Made by a program: the position numbers and the translations under genes. A DNA stretch of 63,799 nt, counting the filler, from Cladosporium halotolerans (Eukaryota), in the NCBI RefSeq assembly GCF_011745625.1. It is 32 parts of 32 records of this genome, joined end to end, with 100 filler letters (N's around TTAATTAATTAA, not from the genome) between each part and the next. Parts side by side here need not be neighbours in the genome. Positions count along the whole stretch, not along the records: positions 35,756 to 37,631 come from NW_027191802.1; positions 37,732 to 39,599 come from NW_027191803.1; positions 39,700 to 41,558 come from NW_027191804.1; positions 41,659 to 43,491 come from NW_027191805.1; positions 43,592 to 45,422 come from NW_027191806.1; positions 45,523 to 47,301 come from NW_027191807.1; positions 47,402 to 49,178 come from NW_027191808.1; 25 more parts are not named here. One strand, given 5' to 3'. A model generated the notes under the pieces. The model was given only the letters and a program-made list of their open reading frames with translations, was not told the DNA's origin and made no database searches. Below are positions 35,756-47,923 of the stretch, one piece after another; position 1 is the first letter of the stretch, and each line of letters begins with the position of its first letter.

Positions 35756-36862
35756 CCGTATCCTGAAGCATCTTGCCGCACACGCCGTCGTCGAAGAGGT
35801 CACCGCCGACACCTACAAGCAGACTCCTTTCTCCGACGCCTTGCTGACATCTGCTGGCGCAGGTATCGACTACTTGTAAGCCTGAACGGACCGAACAGTA
35901 TCCTCACAGGAAGTGGGTCAGCGGAATAACCTCAGCCTAGTTACGATACCTCGGCGAAGCTGTACCTCAACCTCCCAGAGTACTTCCGCAGTCACTCCTA
36001 TGATCCCCCTCCCGGCGCTCGCGACGGGCTTTTCCAACGCACCTTCGCTTGCCAAGGACTGACCGCCTTTGATTTTTACGGTGCGCCTGAGCAGCAGGAC
36101 ATGTCGAACACCTTCAACGAGTGGCTCAAAGCCTATCGTCTCCATCGCGACCCGTGGACTGACCTGTACCCTCCAGAGAACATCCTCGCCGGGTACAGTC
36201 AGGGACCGCTCATTGTTGATGTTGGGGGCAATCTTGGAGAAGACTTGGAGCTTTTTCGACGGAAGTATCCCGCACACGGTCAGCAACTGATCCTGCAAGA
36301 CCTTCCTGACAAAGTGGCACGCGCAACTTGTTCAGCAGAGGTCCATCGCATGGCGCACAACTTCTTCACAGCGCAGCCCACGTTGGCGCGGGGTGCCCGT
36401 GTGTACCATCTACACAGCATCATCCACGACTGGGACGATTCGGACGCGGGGCGGATTTTGGGCCACATTAGGGATGCAATGATCCCCGGGTACAGCAAGC
36501 TGCTGATCAACGACGTCATTATCCCGGTACGCTAGCCATCCCGCCGCGACACGTCCGTGGATGTGCACATGATGGTGAAGCTGGGTGGCAGGGAGAGGAC
36601 GGACGACATGCTGCGTGGCCTAGTCGAGAAGCTTGGGCTGAAGGTATGTGGTGTCTGGGGATCTGGTTCTTCGGAGACGAGCATCATGGAAGTTGAGCTG
36701 CCCTTTCCAAAGTGTGAAGCACAAGCTGCACCTGCAGTCGGCGTCGAAGTGGCGGGTGTCAAGCGAGGACACTCGGTAGTAGAGCGGCAGGGCACAGCGT
36801 GGAGGGTCGGTAGCGGTTCGGGCTTGCTTGAAATTCGCAAGCTTAGCGCCTCCCTCACTTGA
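35756..36862 (+). pseudogene. SAM-dependent O-methyltransferase (secondary-metabolism type), 3' part, one in-frame TAG
   Basis: IVDVGGNLG, LILQDLP, HNFFTAQP, SIIHDWDD, GGRERT; intron 35876-35940; TAG at 36533-36535. Confidence 0.85.
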
Positions 36863-37089
36863 GCCTGTGGTCTCCGCATCTCACGTCGGGTGGGTAGTCA
36901 GGGTTAGGGTTGGGGTTATGTCATCTCTGGTCTCTCGAATAGAAATAAGGTCCATGTGAGTTTTTCCATCATGTCTGTTACAAAACTCGGCTGAAAGAGC
37001 TTGCACGCGATATCTTGCTGTAAATTTGGTACAGTAGATTTTATACAGTCTGTCTGTAAACAACCACGGCCAAAGATGGAAAAAGATAA

Positions 37090-37158
37090 AAACCGCACGA
37101 CATCGTGCTACACGACACCGCGCCACACAACATCGCGCCACAACTTTACGGAAGCCTG
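37090..37158 (-). mobile_element. Possible hAT-like terminus (family E)
   Basis: Reverse complement CAGGCTTCCGTAAAGTTG followed by about 15-bp TGTGGCGCGRTGTYG repeats. Confidence 0.4.
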
Positions 37159-37165
37159 ACAACGC

Positions 37166-37631
37166 TTAGCGGTCCCAGTCGTGAGGCCCATTTCCTTCCC
37201 GACGTCTGCCGACCAAGGCAAACAACGACCGGAGACGCGTCTCTTGATCGGGAGGGCAGCTCTCTATTGACACCCCGCCTTTTTCGTCTAGCCAAGCGCC
37301 CTCATCGCTGACATTGGTGTCGCTCACCTTGCCCGTCGCATCTCGGATCTCATCTTTGCTGAACCCCAACGGATCGCATGGAATCCACACGATCGGTTCG
37401 CGATTGCAGCCGCACGATTGCATTGTGTCGCTGATGCTCTCTTCAACCCCCGTGGTAGACGGACCGCCTCGGGTGCTGCCATCGTCATTGTCCTGTTCGT
37501 GCTCAAATACCGGCAGGTAACTGATGAGCGACTGGAACGAACGGTTGACGAACAGCTGATACGCCACCGTCAAACCCAGTACTGCGGTCATGGTGATGCC
37601 GTGAGGCACACACGCGGCTCTTCCGTCGGCA
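37166..37631 (-). CDS. C-terminus of a CSC1/OSCA (DUF221, PHM7-like) membrane protein
   Basis: PIVWIPCDPLGFSKDEI...VSDEGAWLDEKG...PPD tail motif preceded by a TM helix. Confidence 0.7.
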
Positions 37632-37731
37632 NNNNNNNNNNNNNNNNNNNNNNNNNNNNNNNNNNNNNNNNNNNNTTAATTAATTAANNNNNNNNNNNNN
37701 NNNNNNNNNNNNNNNNNNNNNNNNNNNNNNN

Positions 37732-38428
37732 CGATCAGGTCTTGGAGGATGCGCAGGACTTTGTGTATCGTACTGTGGCAGACACCCGGCCTGAAATGGA
37801 ACCGCCCAAGGTCATCTTTCAATGCCAGGCAGCCATCGAGCAAACCCGCCAGCATTAGTGCTCCGTTGCTGCTATAGATCTGACGCGAAAGTAACCCGAC
37901 AGTCTTGTCAGCTTTTTGATACACCAGATCCATTGAGTTTATTGCTTTGGCTTTATTCTTCGGGTGCCACTGGTCAATGCAAGCTTTGTCGATCCAGAAG
38001 GTGTCTAATTTGTGCACTGTCATGTAGTTTATCACTCTGTCTAGTACACAATCCCTCACATGGAACGCCTCCGGCTGCGTGGGTTGCTTCGAGTACCTTC
38101 CACCACGCGTGGGCAAGATGGAATATTTGCCCCACTTGGGATTTTCCCAAAGCGACGGCTCTCGGGTCCATGAGACAGCAAGAAACTTGCGACTTGTCGA
38201 ACGATTGTAGACTTTTCGAAAATGAGGACCGAGAGATGAATCATAGCGTAAGCAGAGGAGGTCTTTCACCCACTCATGCGGTTTCTCGACCGGCAGCCCA
38301 TGCTTCTGTATGACACGAAGCTCTGACACGAGACTCAAGCGATGAATACGTGAGATGGTTTCCAAGGGTTTGCGTCTATCGTCCTGCATACCACGAGTCA
38401 TCTTGTCTGTATCGCTTGTGCCGCCCAT
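37732..38428 (-). CDS. HET-domain protein (3' truncated)
   Basis: FLAVSWT...FWIDKACIDQ...KAINSMDLVYQKADKTVGLL. Confidence 0.85.
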
Positions 38429-39212
38429 GGCTGGGTGGAGGTGTCTTCGCGATATATGATTCCTTCACACCACTCTACCGTAGTCGCAGTTTGGGTGCTT
38501 GGAATTCAAATGGTGAGATCGAGTCTCTCGACCACGTCGTCGCGGTCTGAGTGAGCTCGTCTGAAGACCAATCACGTGAAATCCTCTTCGTTCACCGGTT
38601 TGCCCCACAGTTTCTGTAGGCGAGTGGGTAGTCCCCGCAGACTGTCTGGCACTTTGTCCGTCATGGCTAATCCATGATCCCGATCACATCGTTGCCGAGG
38701 TTGGCTTTATGCTGTCGTGAATGTTATTGTATTCTCTCTCCATTCACCGTCTGCTGCGTTAACTGATAATTTGAGCTACAATCCGAATCTCTTTGTTTGA
38801 GCATGTGTTCAATGTTTGCGGCGGCGCTGGTGAAAGGACTGGTGAAGATTCAAGCCAATTGACGCATGCCACGCCGACGTGCAGGTGGCTTGTTGCCACT
38901 GATATCAGAATCCGTCGCCATTAGAGTATGTACTGTGACAAGGATACTCGCTGTCCTTGTGTGCATGAGGTGGAGCTTTTCGGTTACATCGTATCACGTC
39001 CTGCTAGACACACTGATGCCACCGGTCTGATTATACAGATCGCCATTGTGGAATCGTTTCTGTCCCAACTTCCATCATATACTAAATCTACGATCATCTT
39101 TGAATCCGTTCAAGGGAGTGATTCAAAAGTCCAGTGCAACAGTAAGTCTTTTTACCCTTGCTTGCGACCACTCAAGCTTCGACTTCTTTGGTATATTGAC
39201 TTGATTTTAGGA

Positions 39213-39458
39213 ATGGCTGACCAAGAAATGCGCTATGATCTTACCAGCATTGCTCGACAAGCATTCGACGAGGAAATCAACGTGGTCAAAGACTTGACGA
39301 AGAACTCGGAAATGCCCTTTGCGCGAATGAGCATGACAGTAACATTCGCATGTCAGTCTTGTCAGGAGACTAAGAAGTCCAAACTGGTTGCATTCCTCGG
39401 CGGTGATCCTACGAAGCCAATTTGTAATGCTTGCTACGGAACTCAGATGAGCGGCTGA
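39213..39458 (+). CDS. Small (81 aa) putative zinc-ribbon protein
   Basis: FACQSCQETKKSKLVAF...ICNACYG (CxxC...CxxC); candidate upstream intron 39142-39210. Confidence 0.5.
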   Translation: MADQEMRYDLTSIARQAFDEEINVVKDLTKNSEMPFARMSMTVTFACQSCQETKKSKLVAFLGGDPTKPICNACYGTQMSG

Positions 39459-39753
39459 ACAGATTGATGCGGAGGCTTTCGGGAATTCTTTGCGGTATAC
39501 GTGTTTGTGATTTAACTTATGTGCAAAACACGCGTTCTTGAACAAAGTCGCTTACCACTGCCGTTCAAGCGAGGGTTTCGAGATTATGACATTCTCGTCN
39601 NNNNNNNNNNNNNNNNNNNNNNNNNNNNNNNNNNNNNNNNNNNTTAATTAATTAANNNNNNNNNNNNNNNNNNNNNNNNNNNNNNNNNNNNNNNNNNNNA
39701 GTAGTAGCCAGACGCTCCCGCCAACAGGCCCCACGCTAACGGCGAACGTCCAG

Positions 39754-40855
39754 AGCGAGAGCAACTTCCGCAGCTCCACCGTACGTCGTACAGTATCCGC
39801 CACTGCGGGAGAACCCCTGAGTCATCACGGCTGACCCACTTGTCTGTAGCTTCTTCGAGCCCGTCGCGATAGGTGACGACGGAGTGCACCGGGACGGCGG
39901 GTTTCGCAATCCCAACAACACTGACATCGCCATGGCAGAGAGCTTGAGATTATGGCCGGACACGTCGCCCTCTGTCATCCTTTCTCTAGGTACCGGGCAG
40001 ACTCGGCGGTCGCAGGTCCACACTCAAACACCCTTCCGGGGAAAGATCCAGAACGGCACGCTGGCCAGGCTTCTGCGATGGTCCCGAGCAAGGTTGCTGG
40101 AGGCCATAGATGGCGAAGAGATCCACGAGCGAGTGCGCGCCTCCTTGGATGACACCAGGCGTATGACATACTTCAGAATGAACCCCGAGTTTCCAGACGG
40201 CCTTCCGCGTCTGGATGATGTTGAACAGATGCAGCACATCCGCGAACATGTCAAATCCTTCCCATCCAAAGAAACGCGGACCGAATTCAAGATCGCACTA
40301 ATCGCCTCGTCCTTTTTCTTCGAACTCTGCCGCAGTCCAAAGCACGGTCGGGCCGCCACGTATCTATGCGAAGGAACCATTCGCATCAGAGGTGATCCCG
40401 GTCTCGTCCTTGACTTGCTTCTTTCCTTGAACTATCCGTCTGTAGAGTTTGTGAGCGAAGAGGACGAACTGGGCGAGGTGTGCTTGGCAGACGCCATCTG
40501 TCCAAGTTGCAGGATGTTCGCTCTGCATGTCCAGTTCCACGTCCGTGACCGAGACAACTCCCACGCCATCTACATCAAGCTCGATAAAGACGTGAAGTAC
40601 CCAATATCGGGCTTTCCTCAGACAATGTCGTGGTTCTGCAAGCAACAGGGCATGTTCGACGCGTTCCCCGCGGGCCCTTCAGAACGTGAGCGGTGTGTTT
40701 GCGATCGTTTGCCAGAGCTCCCCAAATTGGACACCCGAAAGCGGAGGGCTTCATCTCAACAGCTTCCGACACAAGCCTTCAATCACCGCAAAGCGAGAAA
40801 GCTAACGCACGACGAGCTCAGTCCTACTCCTGATGCGGACTGCAGTGGGGCTTGA
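39754..40855 (+). CDS. Patatin-like phospholipase, 3' part
   Basis: ARATSAAP, intron 39781-39849, FFEP, DGG, SLGTG, YFRMN; C-terminal ASSFFFEL...ISGFP extension. Confidence 0.9.
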
Positions 40856-41283
40856 GCAGGTCTCGAGAAATGACGACCTTCAAAGTAATGTTGTTGGTAC
40901 CGCCAGGTCGTGCCATGAGAAGGCATCAACGAGAACTTTCGTCGTGGGAATTCAGGAGTTCTTCGAGAGATGGATTTAGGTATGACTTGTGCTCGGGACT
41001 GTTATCCTGCCACAAACAGACCTTTGCGCAACCCTTTTGCAGGCCCTTGTCGCTGCCGAAGACAGTGCTTTGACGACAGGCAGTCCCACCTTTTCCCGAG
41101 ATTTGCTCACCAAGCTCCACCCTGGAAGCCCTTATGTCGATTTGCATAGTGCTGTAAAACTAAATTACGTAGCTCCGCTAGATACGTTCGAACCATTCCC
41201 AAGAAGACCCTTATAACGTATGTTCTATCCGCGCGACGTCTGATCTGGTCATTCTTTGTCCAAGTCGCACCACCGCACCAACA

Positions 41284-41558
41284 ATGGAGACCGTCCGGGT
41301 GTTGCGCACCATCTCCCGAGAGTCTTTTGCAGCCAATCGAGACCGGATCGAAGCCGTGAATGCGTGTCAAGCGCTGCTGACCAGGCTGCAAGATCCTTTT
41401 GAGCGCGTTTGGGAAGTCGTGATCGACGTTCCCGCCCTCACGGCTTCCGTCAAGTTGTGTTTGGACATTGGGCTCTTTCAGTCCTGGAAAGAGTCTGGCG
41501 ATACGCAACAGAGCTGTCGCGACCTAGCGAAGATGATCGGCTTCAAGCAAGTCGACGT
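41284..41558 (+). CDS. O-methyltransferase N-terminal dimerisation region (probably the 5' half of the gene at 35756)
   Basis: ALLTRLQDPFERVWE...VKLCLDIGLFQSW...DLAKMIG. Confidence 0.7.
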
Positions 41559-41658
41559 NNNNNNNNNNNNNNNNNNNNNNNNNNNNNNNNNNNNNNNNNN
41601 NNTTAATTAATTAANNNNNNNNNNNNNNNNNNNNNNNNNNNNNNNNNNNNNNNNNNNN

Positions 41659-42260
41659 TGAAATTTGGAGCTAGGGGCGGTGGTGCCCGATACTGTACGA
41701 AGATGACGACCGCACCGCCGCGGATACTGTGGGACACCCCAAGGCCGGGGATGACGCATGCCCCGAACCACAAACCTGGCTAACGTTAGTCAATCGGGAG
41801 CTTTGTAGCACAAAGAAGGCTGCAGTATGTGTGCTGTACGGGACCTGATGGCAATGCGCACCCACAAGGTGAGGATGCCTCGTGTGCCTCGGTGCCGCAT
41901 CCCCTCAAGAGGTAACTCTTCTACAATACGAAGCGTGAGCGAGGCCGTGAAGCAGACCCAACCGGTCTCCGTGCGCACAAAGTCTGCACTATGTACCAGC
42001 CTTTCCGAAGACCACCAAGCTTCGGTTCGTCTTTGTCAGACTCGCAATCAATCATCTCGTCAGCTTCCACAGAGTAAGCCGGACTCGTCGAACGTGTCCC
42101 ACACCCCAGTCTCCAATCCATTTCGGGATCGACTTGAACAATGTCGGGCATGAAGGCCGGCCGAAGCACCGCGGAAGACGCTGCGGTAGACAGGGCACCT
42201 GTCGATGCGTTCCCGTGAGCACCTGCCATCGAGAACGTCGGTCGAGGTCCCTCAAGAACA
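41659..42260. repeat. Dispersed duplicate of 59627-60228
   Basis: Colinear and highly similar over about 600 bp. Confidence 0.95.
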
Positions 42261-43063
42261 GTTCCAGACGCCTCCAAGGTACTGTAGAAGTTGGTAGTCA
42301 GGTCTTGAGGGTTGGGCAGGCCGACGGCCCCACCGGAGCTGCGGCCCTTTGCGCATGTGAGAGGACATCGAAGGGTACCGTGCCGATCAGCGTCGTCTTC
42401 GTGCTTGAGGGTGTTGAGATTGACGTCAAATGCGAAGCGCTTCTTCCACTTGGCCGAGAATTCTTGGTCGAAAAGCGTGCGAGAAACTGAGCTCCACCGT
42501 GAGGACACGCCAACTGGTTGTCGTCGTTTGCGGCATCTCCGGCAGCTATGGGCGTTGACGTTCGAACGTGCCGATGTCAAAGCGCCATCGAAGTTCACAA
42601 CCCCCTCTGTGGTCTCACACCTTGTCCCAGACCAGGGCACTTCCGGAGCTGCATCCACGTTGCTGCACGGGCTTCGAAGCCCAACGCAGTACGCACACCT
42701 GGAAGCACGCCCAAGGATATCACAGCGACTGTCTCGGCGGTCGTCTCCGCACGTCGTTTCCGAGCCGTGCTCGCAATAGGTGTCGTCTGCTCTTGCGTCT
42801 CGGCTCGCGGCGCTGTCGAGCCAGTGCATGCAGTTCGGACGGGCTTCTTCGGTCTCAGGAGAATCCCCTGCGCTTGGTTGCATTCGATGTAGGTCTACAG
42901 ACCAACATCCTCCGCTCACGCGATCGAGGCTGCTTGGTGTGTCATGGATAAGCGCATCGGGCGGGAGTAAAGCTGGACAGATTGCACGAATTGTTTTGGG
43001 CCTCGGGCGGCCGACCACGGATGAGCCGAATGTACCAAGTGTCATCGACGGTCCTGAATGCAT
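41921..43063 (-). CDS. Hypothetical Cys-cluster ORF (380 aa), coding status uncertain
   Basis: Long ORF with CAYCVGLRSPC and CRRCRKRRQP clusters; no clear family. Confidence 0.3.
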   Translation of the reverse strand: MHSGPSMTLGTFGSSVVGRPRPKTIRAICPALLPPDALIHDTPSSLDRVSGGCWSVDLHRMQPSAGDSPETEEARPNCMHWLDSAASRDARADDTYCEHGSETTCGDDRRDSRCDILGRASRCAYCVGLRSPCSNVDAAPEVPWSGTRCETTEGVVNFDGALTSARSNVNAHSCRRCRKRRQPVGVSSRWSSVSRTLFDQEFSAKWKKRFAFDVNLNTLKHEDDADRHGTLRCPLTCAKGRSSGGAVGLPNPQDLTTNFYSTLEASGTVLEGPRPTFSMAGAHGNASTGALSTAASSAVLRPAFMPDIVQVDPEMDWRLGCGTRSTSPAYSVEADEMIDCESDKDEPKLGGLRKGWYIVQTLCARRPVGSASRPRSRFVL

Positions 43064-43591
43064 GAAGAAGCGACGCGTCGAAAGAAGGTCCGCTGGAGAC
43101 AGGCACCGATGGGGTGGGGGGTGTTAAAGGAACCCCAAGATGACAGCTGAGGCGCGACCGCGTCCGGCGAGGCATGCTGGAAGCCGGACGCGGTGGCAAC
43201 GGCTCCATTCAAAGACCCCATCCCTCCACCACGGTGCCCCCATCATCGGCACTTCGACGTCATTCGGGCAGGCTCTCTCTCTCTCAATCCTTCTTTAGTA
43301 CAATAACGTACGGACCAGCAGGACTGGAATGCACCGGTAGCAATCTTTCGCGATCAACATTGAACGTGACGGCCGGCGACCTTGCACTTCAACAAAGAAA
43401 CCGTCTCCGGCGAGCAAACTCGAAGACCTGCCGTCAAAGACCGCTCCTCCAGAAGGATGGCCGCCGTCCTCACGGCCGCAGCAGTTGCAGTNNNNNNNNN
43501 NNNNNNNNNNNNNNNNNNNNNNNNNNNNNNNNNNNTTAATTAATTAANNNNNNNNNNNNNNNNNNNNNNNNNNNNNNNNNNNNNNNNNNNN

Positions 43592-45422
43592 GTCCCAGCT
43601 GAAGTTGCTGGCGATGAAGCTACTTTATGTTCGTAATTGTGACGCCAGTACTTGTCAAGCTCCACTTTCCAGGTACTCAGCCAGTCCTCACGGCCGGTCC
43701 ACTTGGTCTTGAAGTAACGCCACTTCATCCGCGGGTGTAGGACTACTGCTGCGACATAGACTACGTTGTCGTCAAGGCGCTTGTAGTACTCGTTGAGTTT
43801 CTGCCAGCCAGCATTGATGTTCGTACTAAAGTGCTGCTCAGCATCGATGTAACCCAACGTTTCGCACTCGATGTCTTGCCAATCACTTGTGGTAGTCCCA
43901 TCTTTCCCCCGTGTGATCTGGTGCTGACTTGTATCGTCGTTTGGAGGACGATCATGCCGCTGCGAAGGCTGTGACGGCTGTGGAGCTGCTTGCCGACCCT
44001 GGATTGGTAGATGACGCTGGCGCTGCTCTTCGAGATGGGTAAGCAAGATTTCGAACTGGGGCAAGACTTGCCAGATAGCCCCAAAGCGGCCACCAATCTG
44101 TCCTTGCAAGATATTTGTAGACTTCTTTATCGGTTGTAGGATCTCATGATATGCCTTCAGAACCACCCAATCGTCGATAGTCAGACGGTCGTCAGCAATC
44201 AAGGGTCGCTGCGCTCTCTGCTTACGCCGACGTGCCACATGCCAGTTGTCTATCTCCTTCTCGACGAACTCATCGATGGCTGAATGCAAATAAAGTGCTC
44301 TCTCAATGCAGTCGTCCATTGAGTTCCATCTTGTATCGTTGTCTTCCACGAGTTTGTACACTTCAGCTTTGCCAGCCGGCCGCGTTGGAGAGATCAGGCG
44401 ACGCTGAATATCCTCGAATTGCTCTATGCGTTGTGGGGATCTCTTAATGTACTTGACGATGTTGTGCAACTTGCCGCAAGGCCCTTTGCGCCGCCAGATG
44501 TCCATGTGCCGCCACTCTTCGTCCTGTGTCCCGAGCAGGTCAAGCTCTAGTGCGTCTACGTTATTGCCGAAGAGAATCGATTGGGCAACGAGGTTAAGGA
44601 CGTGACCCGAGCAGCGGATCCACTTGGCTTTTGCACTGAACCGGAACTCATCTGCAAGTGCCGATATACAGGTTGCATTGTTGCTGGCGTTGTCCGTGAT
44701 GAAGAAGCCAAGAGAATGTTCAAGACCGTACTCGGCGATGATACCGGCGACATTGTCCGCTATAGAAGCGCCTGTGTGTTTGCCCTGCTGCCTTGGCAAA
44801 CTCAACAGCATGCTTGTCGGCTTGCCCTTGGCATCGATGAAGTGAGTCACGACGCCGAGAAGAGCGACACTGGAGCCTGATGTCCACAAGTCGAAAGAGA
44901 GCGAAACTTTCGTTATTGCAGAAGCCAGTGCCTCTGTAACAACCCCGAGCTGTTGATCATAGGCTTTGGTGATCCACCTTGATATCGAGGTGTGCGATGG
45001 CAGCTGAGCCCGTGAATTGGCGTACGTGATGAGCCGTCGCAAGTGGGGAGATTCGATCTTGTTGAAAGCGATGTTGTCGGCTATGACCCATTGCAAGAGT
45101 AATGCTCGGAACTCAAGCAAATTGAATCCCGCGAGAGCCGTATTCTCAATAGCGGTAGCAGTATCGTAGCCGCCGAAATATCGGTCCAGTTTGCGCTTCT
45201 TGTGGTGCCCCGGCGATCGCGGCATCTCCCCGTCAGCACTTATCCGATGCTCTGCTTTCATGTGATTCCCGGCTCTTGTTGTTGACTTGAAGGACTTGAA
45301 CCAGTGCTTGATCGAGCTGCGGCGGCCGTGACAGATCTTGCAGAGCCAATACTCCTCACCAATACTATCCCAAACCCTCCAGCCATGCTTCTGCTTCCAC
45401 ACCCACGAGTCCAGTCGTGGGC
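43592..45422 (-). CDS. hAT transposase (Restless/Tfo1-like), uninterrupted, truncated by contig ends
   Basis: BED finger CKIC...H...H, SFDLWTS, TDNASNN, RCSGHVLNL, TRWNS, LHPR. Confidence 0.95.
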
Positions 45423-45522
45423 NNNNNNNNNNNNNNNNNNNNNNNNNNNNNNNNNNNNNNNNNNNNTTAATTAATTAANNNNNNNNNNNNNNNNNNNNNN
45501 NNNNNNNNNNNNNNNNNNNNNN

Positions 45523-47234
45523 GCTTGTCACATCTGAGCGTCACAAGCGACGCTTTCAAGGACATGATACTGGCTGCTAATCCAGAAGCTGGACACGCAT
45601 TGATCAATGCTGCCACTACACTGAGGCCTCGGATCAAGAGACAGTTTGAAGAGCAACAGCTTGTCGTCATCCAGTGGCTCACTAGGTCGCTGAGCTGCTT
45701 CCACATCTCGACCGACACTTGGAAAGCGAGGCATGGCCACAAGCACTTCCAGGCCGTGAATTGTCAGTTTGTGGACGAATACGGAGTGCTCAGACAGGTA
45801 CTCCTAGATCTCGTTGAGGTGGATGGTGAGCAACGCAAGACTGGCGCCTATCTTGCCTCGCTTCTCATCAAGACATGCCAGGACTACTCGCTACTTCACA
45901 GACTTGGTTGGATCACCTCTGACAATGTCACTGTCAACGACACGCTTGTCCGCTCCATCGAGGCTCACATGCACGACTCTGGCATCCCAGATTGGACCGA
46001 GAAGGCACGACGGCTGCGCTGCATTGGTCATATCATCAATCTAGCGACTCAAGCTTTCATGTTCGCTGACAATGCAGAAGCAGCCGAGATCGCGTACACA
46101 CGTGCTGAACTTTCTCAACTCGACAATCAACTTGACAATGAAAGTCTCTTTAGCATGGAGTCCACGAATGACGGACTTGTCAAGCATCCGGCCTTACAGA
46201 AACTCAAAGCGCTTGCGGTTGCTTTGCGAGAAGATAGGTTCTGGCAGGCATTCAAAACGGTAGCAAGAGGCTTCCCGGAGCTACCCTCGACTGTTCCCAA
46301 GGTTCCGGGCGAGACACGCTGGAACGGATGGCTACTAATGATTGAGGAGGCTTTCCAGACAAGGCCTATTCTGGATGCGCTGCTGGCGCGATGTCACGAC
46401 TCTCTCGAGCTGATGATACTGTCAGACGGAGATTGGCGGCTTCTCAAGCATATTGCAGAATTCCTCACACCCTTTAAGGAGGTCACTAAGAAGAACGAGG
46501 GCCACAAGACGACACTCGACAGCTTTCAACCGAGCATGGAGTTTTTGATAAATCACTTCGAGAAGCAACAGATCCTCCACACACGCCGTGAGGTCATGCT
46601 CAGGCCAATCAACACTGCCTGGCTGTTGTTCGAGAAGTACTACAGTCTCATTGATCAATCAGGCGCATATGTCACAGCACTTCTCTTGCACCCTGAGCGT
46701 CGAGTGAAGTGGCTCAAGAAGCGTTGGACGACCACCGAGAAGAAAAAGTGGTTGACCAGTGGCTTGAAGCGAGCAAGAGACCTGTGGCTCGACTACAAGC
46801 AGCGGCTACAGCCAGAGTCTACAGTCACTGCTGCCAGTACAGAGAGTCTATCAGCATTTGAGAAGTGGCAACAAGACCAAGATGTCGTTCCGGATGAAGA
46901 CGACTTCACTGCGTTCATCAATGCACAGCCGTGCAAGCTACCCATAGTAGGCGAGCGGCAATTGAGCGTGATAGAATGGTGGACTTCACCGCTTCAAAGA
47001 CAATCTTATCCCGCGTTGTCACAGCTAGCGATTGACGTCTTGTCCGCATTTGCGATGAGTGCAGAGTCTGAACGGACTTTCAGCAGTGCAAGGCGAACGA
47101 CCTCGTGGGAGCGTTCCCAACTGGACAGTGCTACGATCAGGCATTCAGAGCTGTCCAAAGACTGGCAGAGGAAAGGAATTGCTGATATGAGGGTCGACGG
47201 CGACGGCACAGACAGCGATGACAACGATGGCTGA
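45523..47234 (+). CDS. hAT family C transposase (5' truncated), followed by subterminal repeats to 47301
   Basis: STDTW, SDNVTVND, RCIGHIINL, TRWNG, YPALSQLAIDVLS, SAESERTFS. Confidence 0.95.
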
Positions 47235-47923
47235 ATGACACCTGATTGCTGATTGATTTCTGATTGAGCGCCCACCTGACTGATTTGATTCCTGATTGAG
47301 CNNNNNNNNNNNNNNNNNNNNNNNNNNNNNNNNNNNNNNNNNNNNTTAATTAATTAANNNNNNNNNNNNNNNNNNNNNNNNNNNNNNNNNNNNNNNNNNN
47401 NTATAGCGCGCTTTTGCGGTGCACATCAAATGAGGTCGCAGAGGACTCGCGCGGCTCATTGCCGATGCCGATGGCTGCACTTTAAATTTTCCAGACTTAC
47501 TTACATCACAACCTATATTTTGTGAGGTAAGTAGATGCCGAGCATTCGGAAGCAATGCAGATGGACATGGAGCTCATAGGTAGCATCTCTTAGCGTCAAA
47601 GGCAACTACGTGGTGTGCATACATTTCGGCAACAGGCTCCGCTTCCCCGAGAACACCTCCACTGTCAGCTTGAATGGCGAAACAATGATCGGCTCGATCA
47701 AGAGTATCAGATCTCTGATTGCGGACGGACTCATGGTTCGACACGCCGAAGATCTACTTGTACCGGTGAATTTTGAAGTTGCCATCGCGCACCTGCTGGT
47801 TCTTAAGGGCGGCTCTTTAAACAGACGATCCATTTCCTCGCACATGCGTACACTACGCACTCTCATTTATTGATCGCATTTTTTCTCAAGTCAAGACCAT
47901 TTAGCCCCATATCTCGACCTGAT

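Noticed and set aside
36533..36535. A-to-I-corrected premature stop (UAG to UGG)
   Set aside because: Trp is not expected at this OMT position as far as I recall; a CAG-to-TAG mutation is simpler
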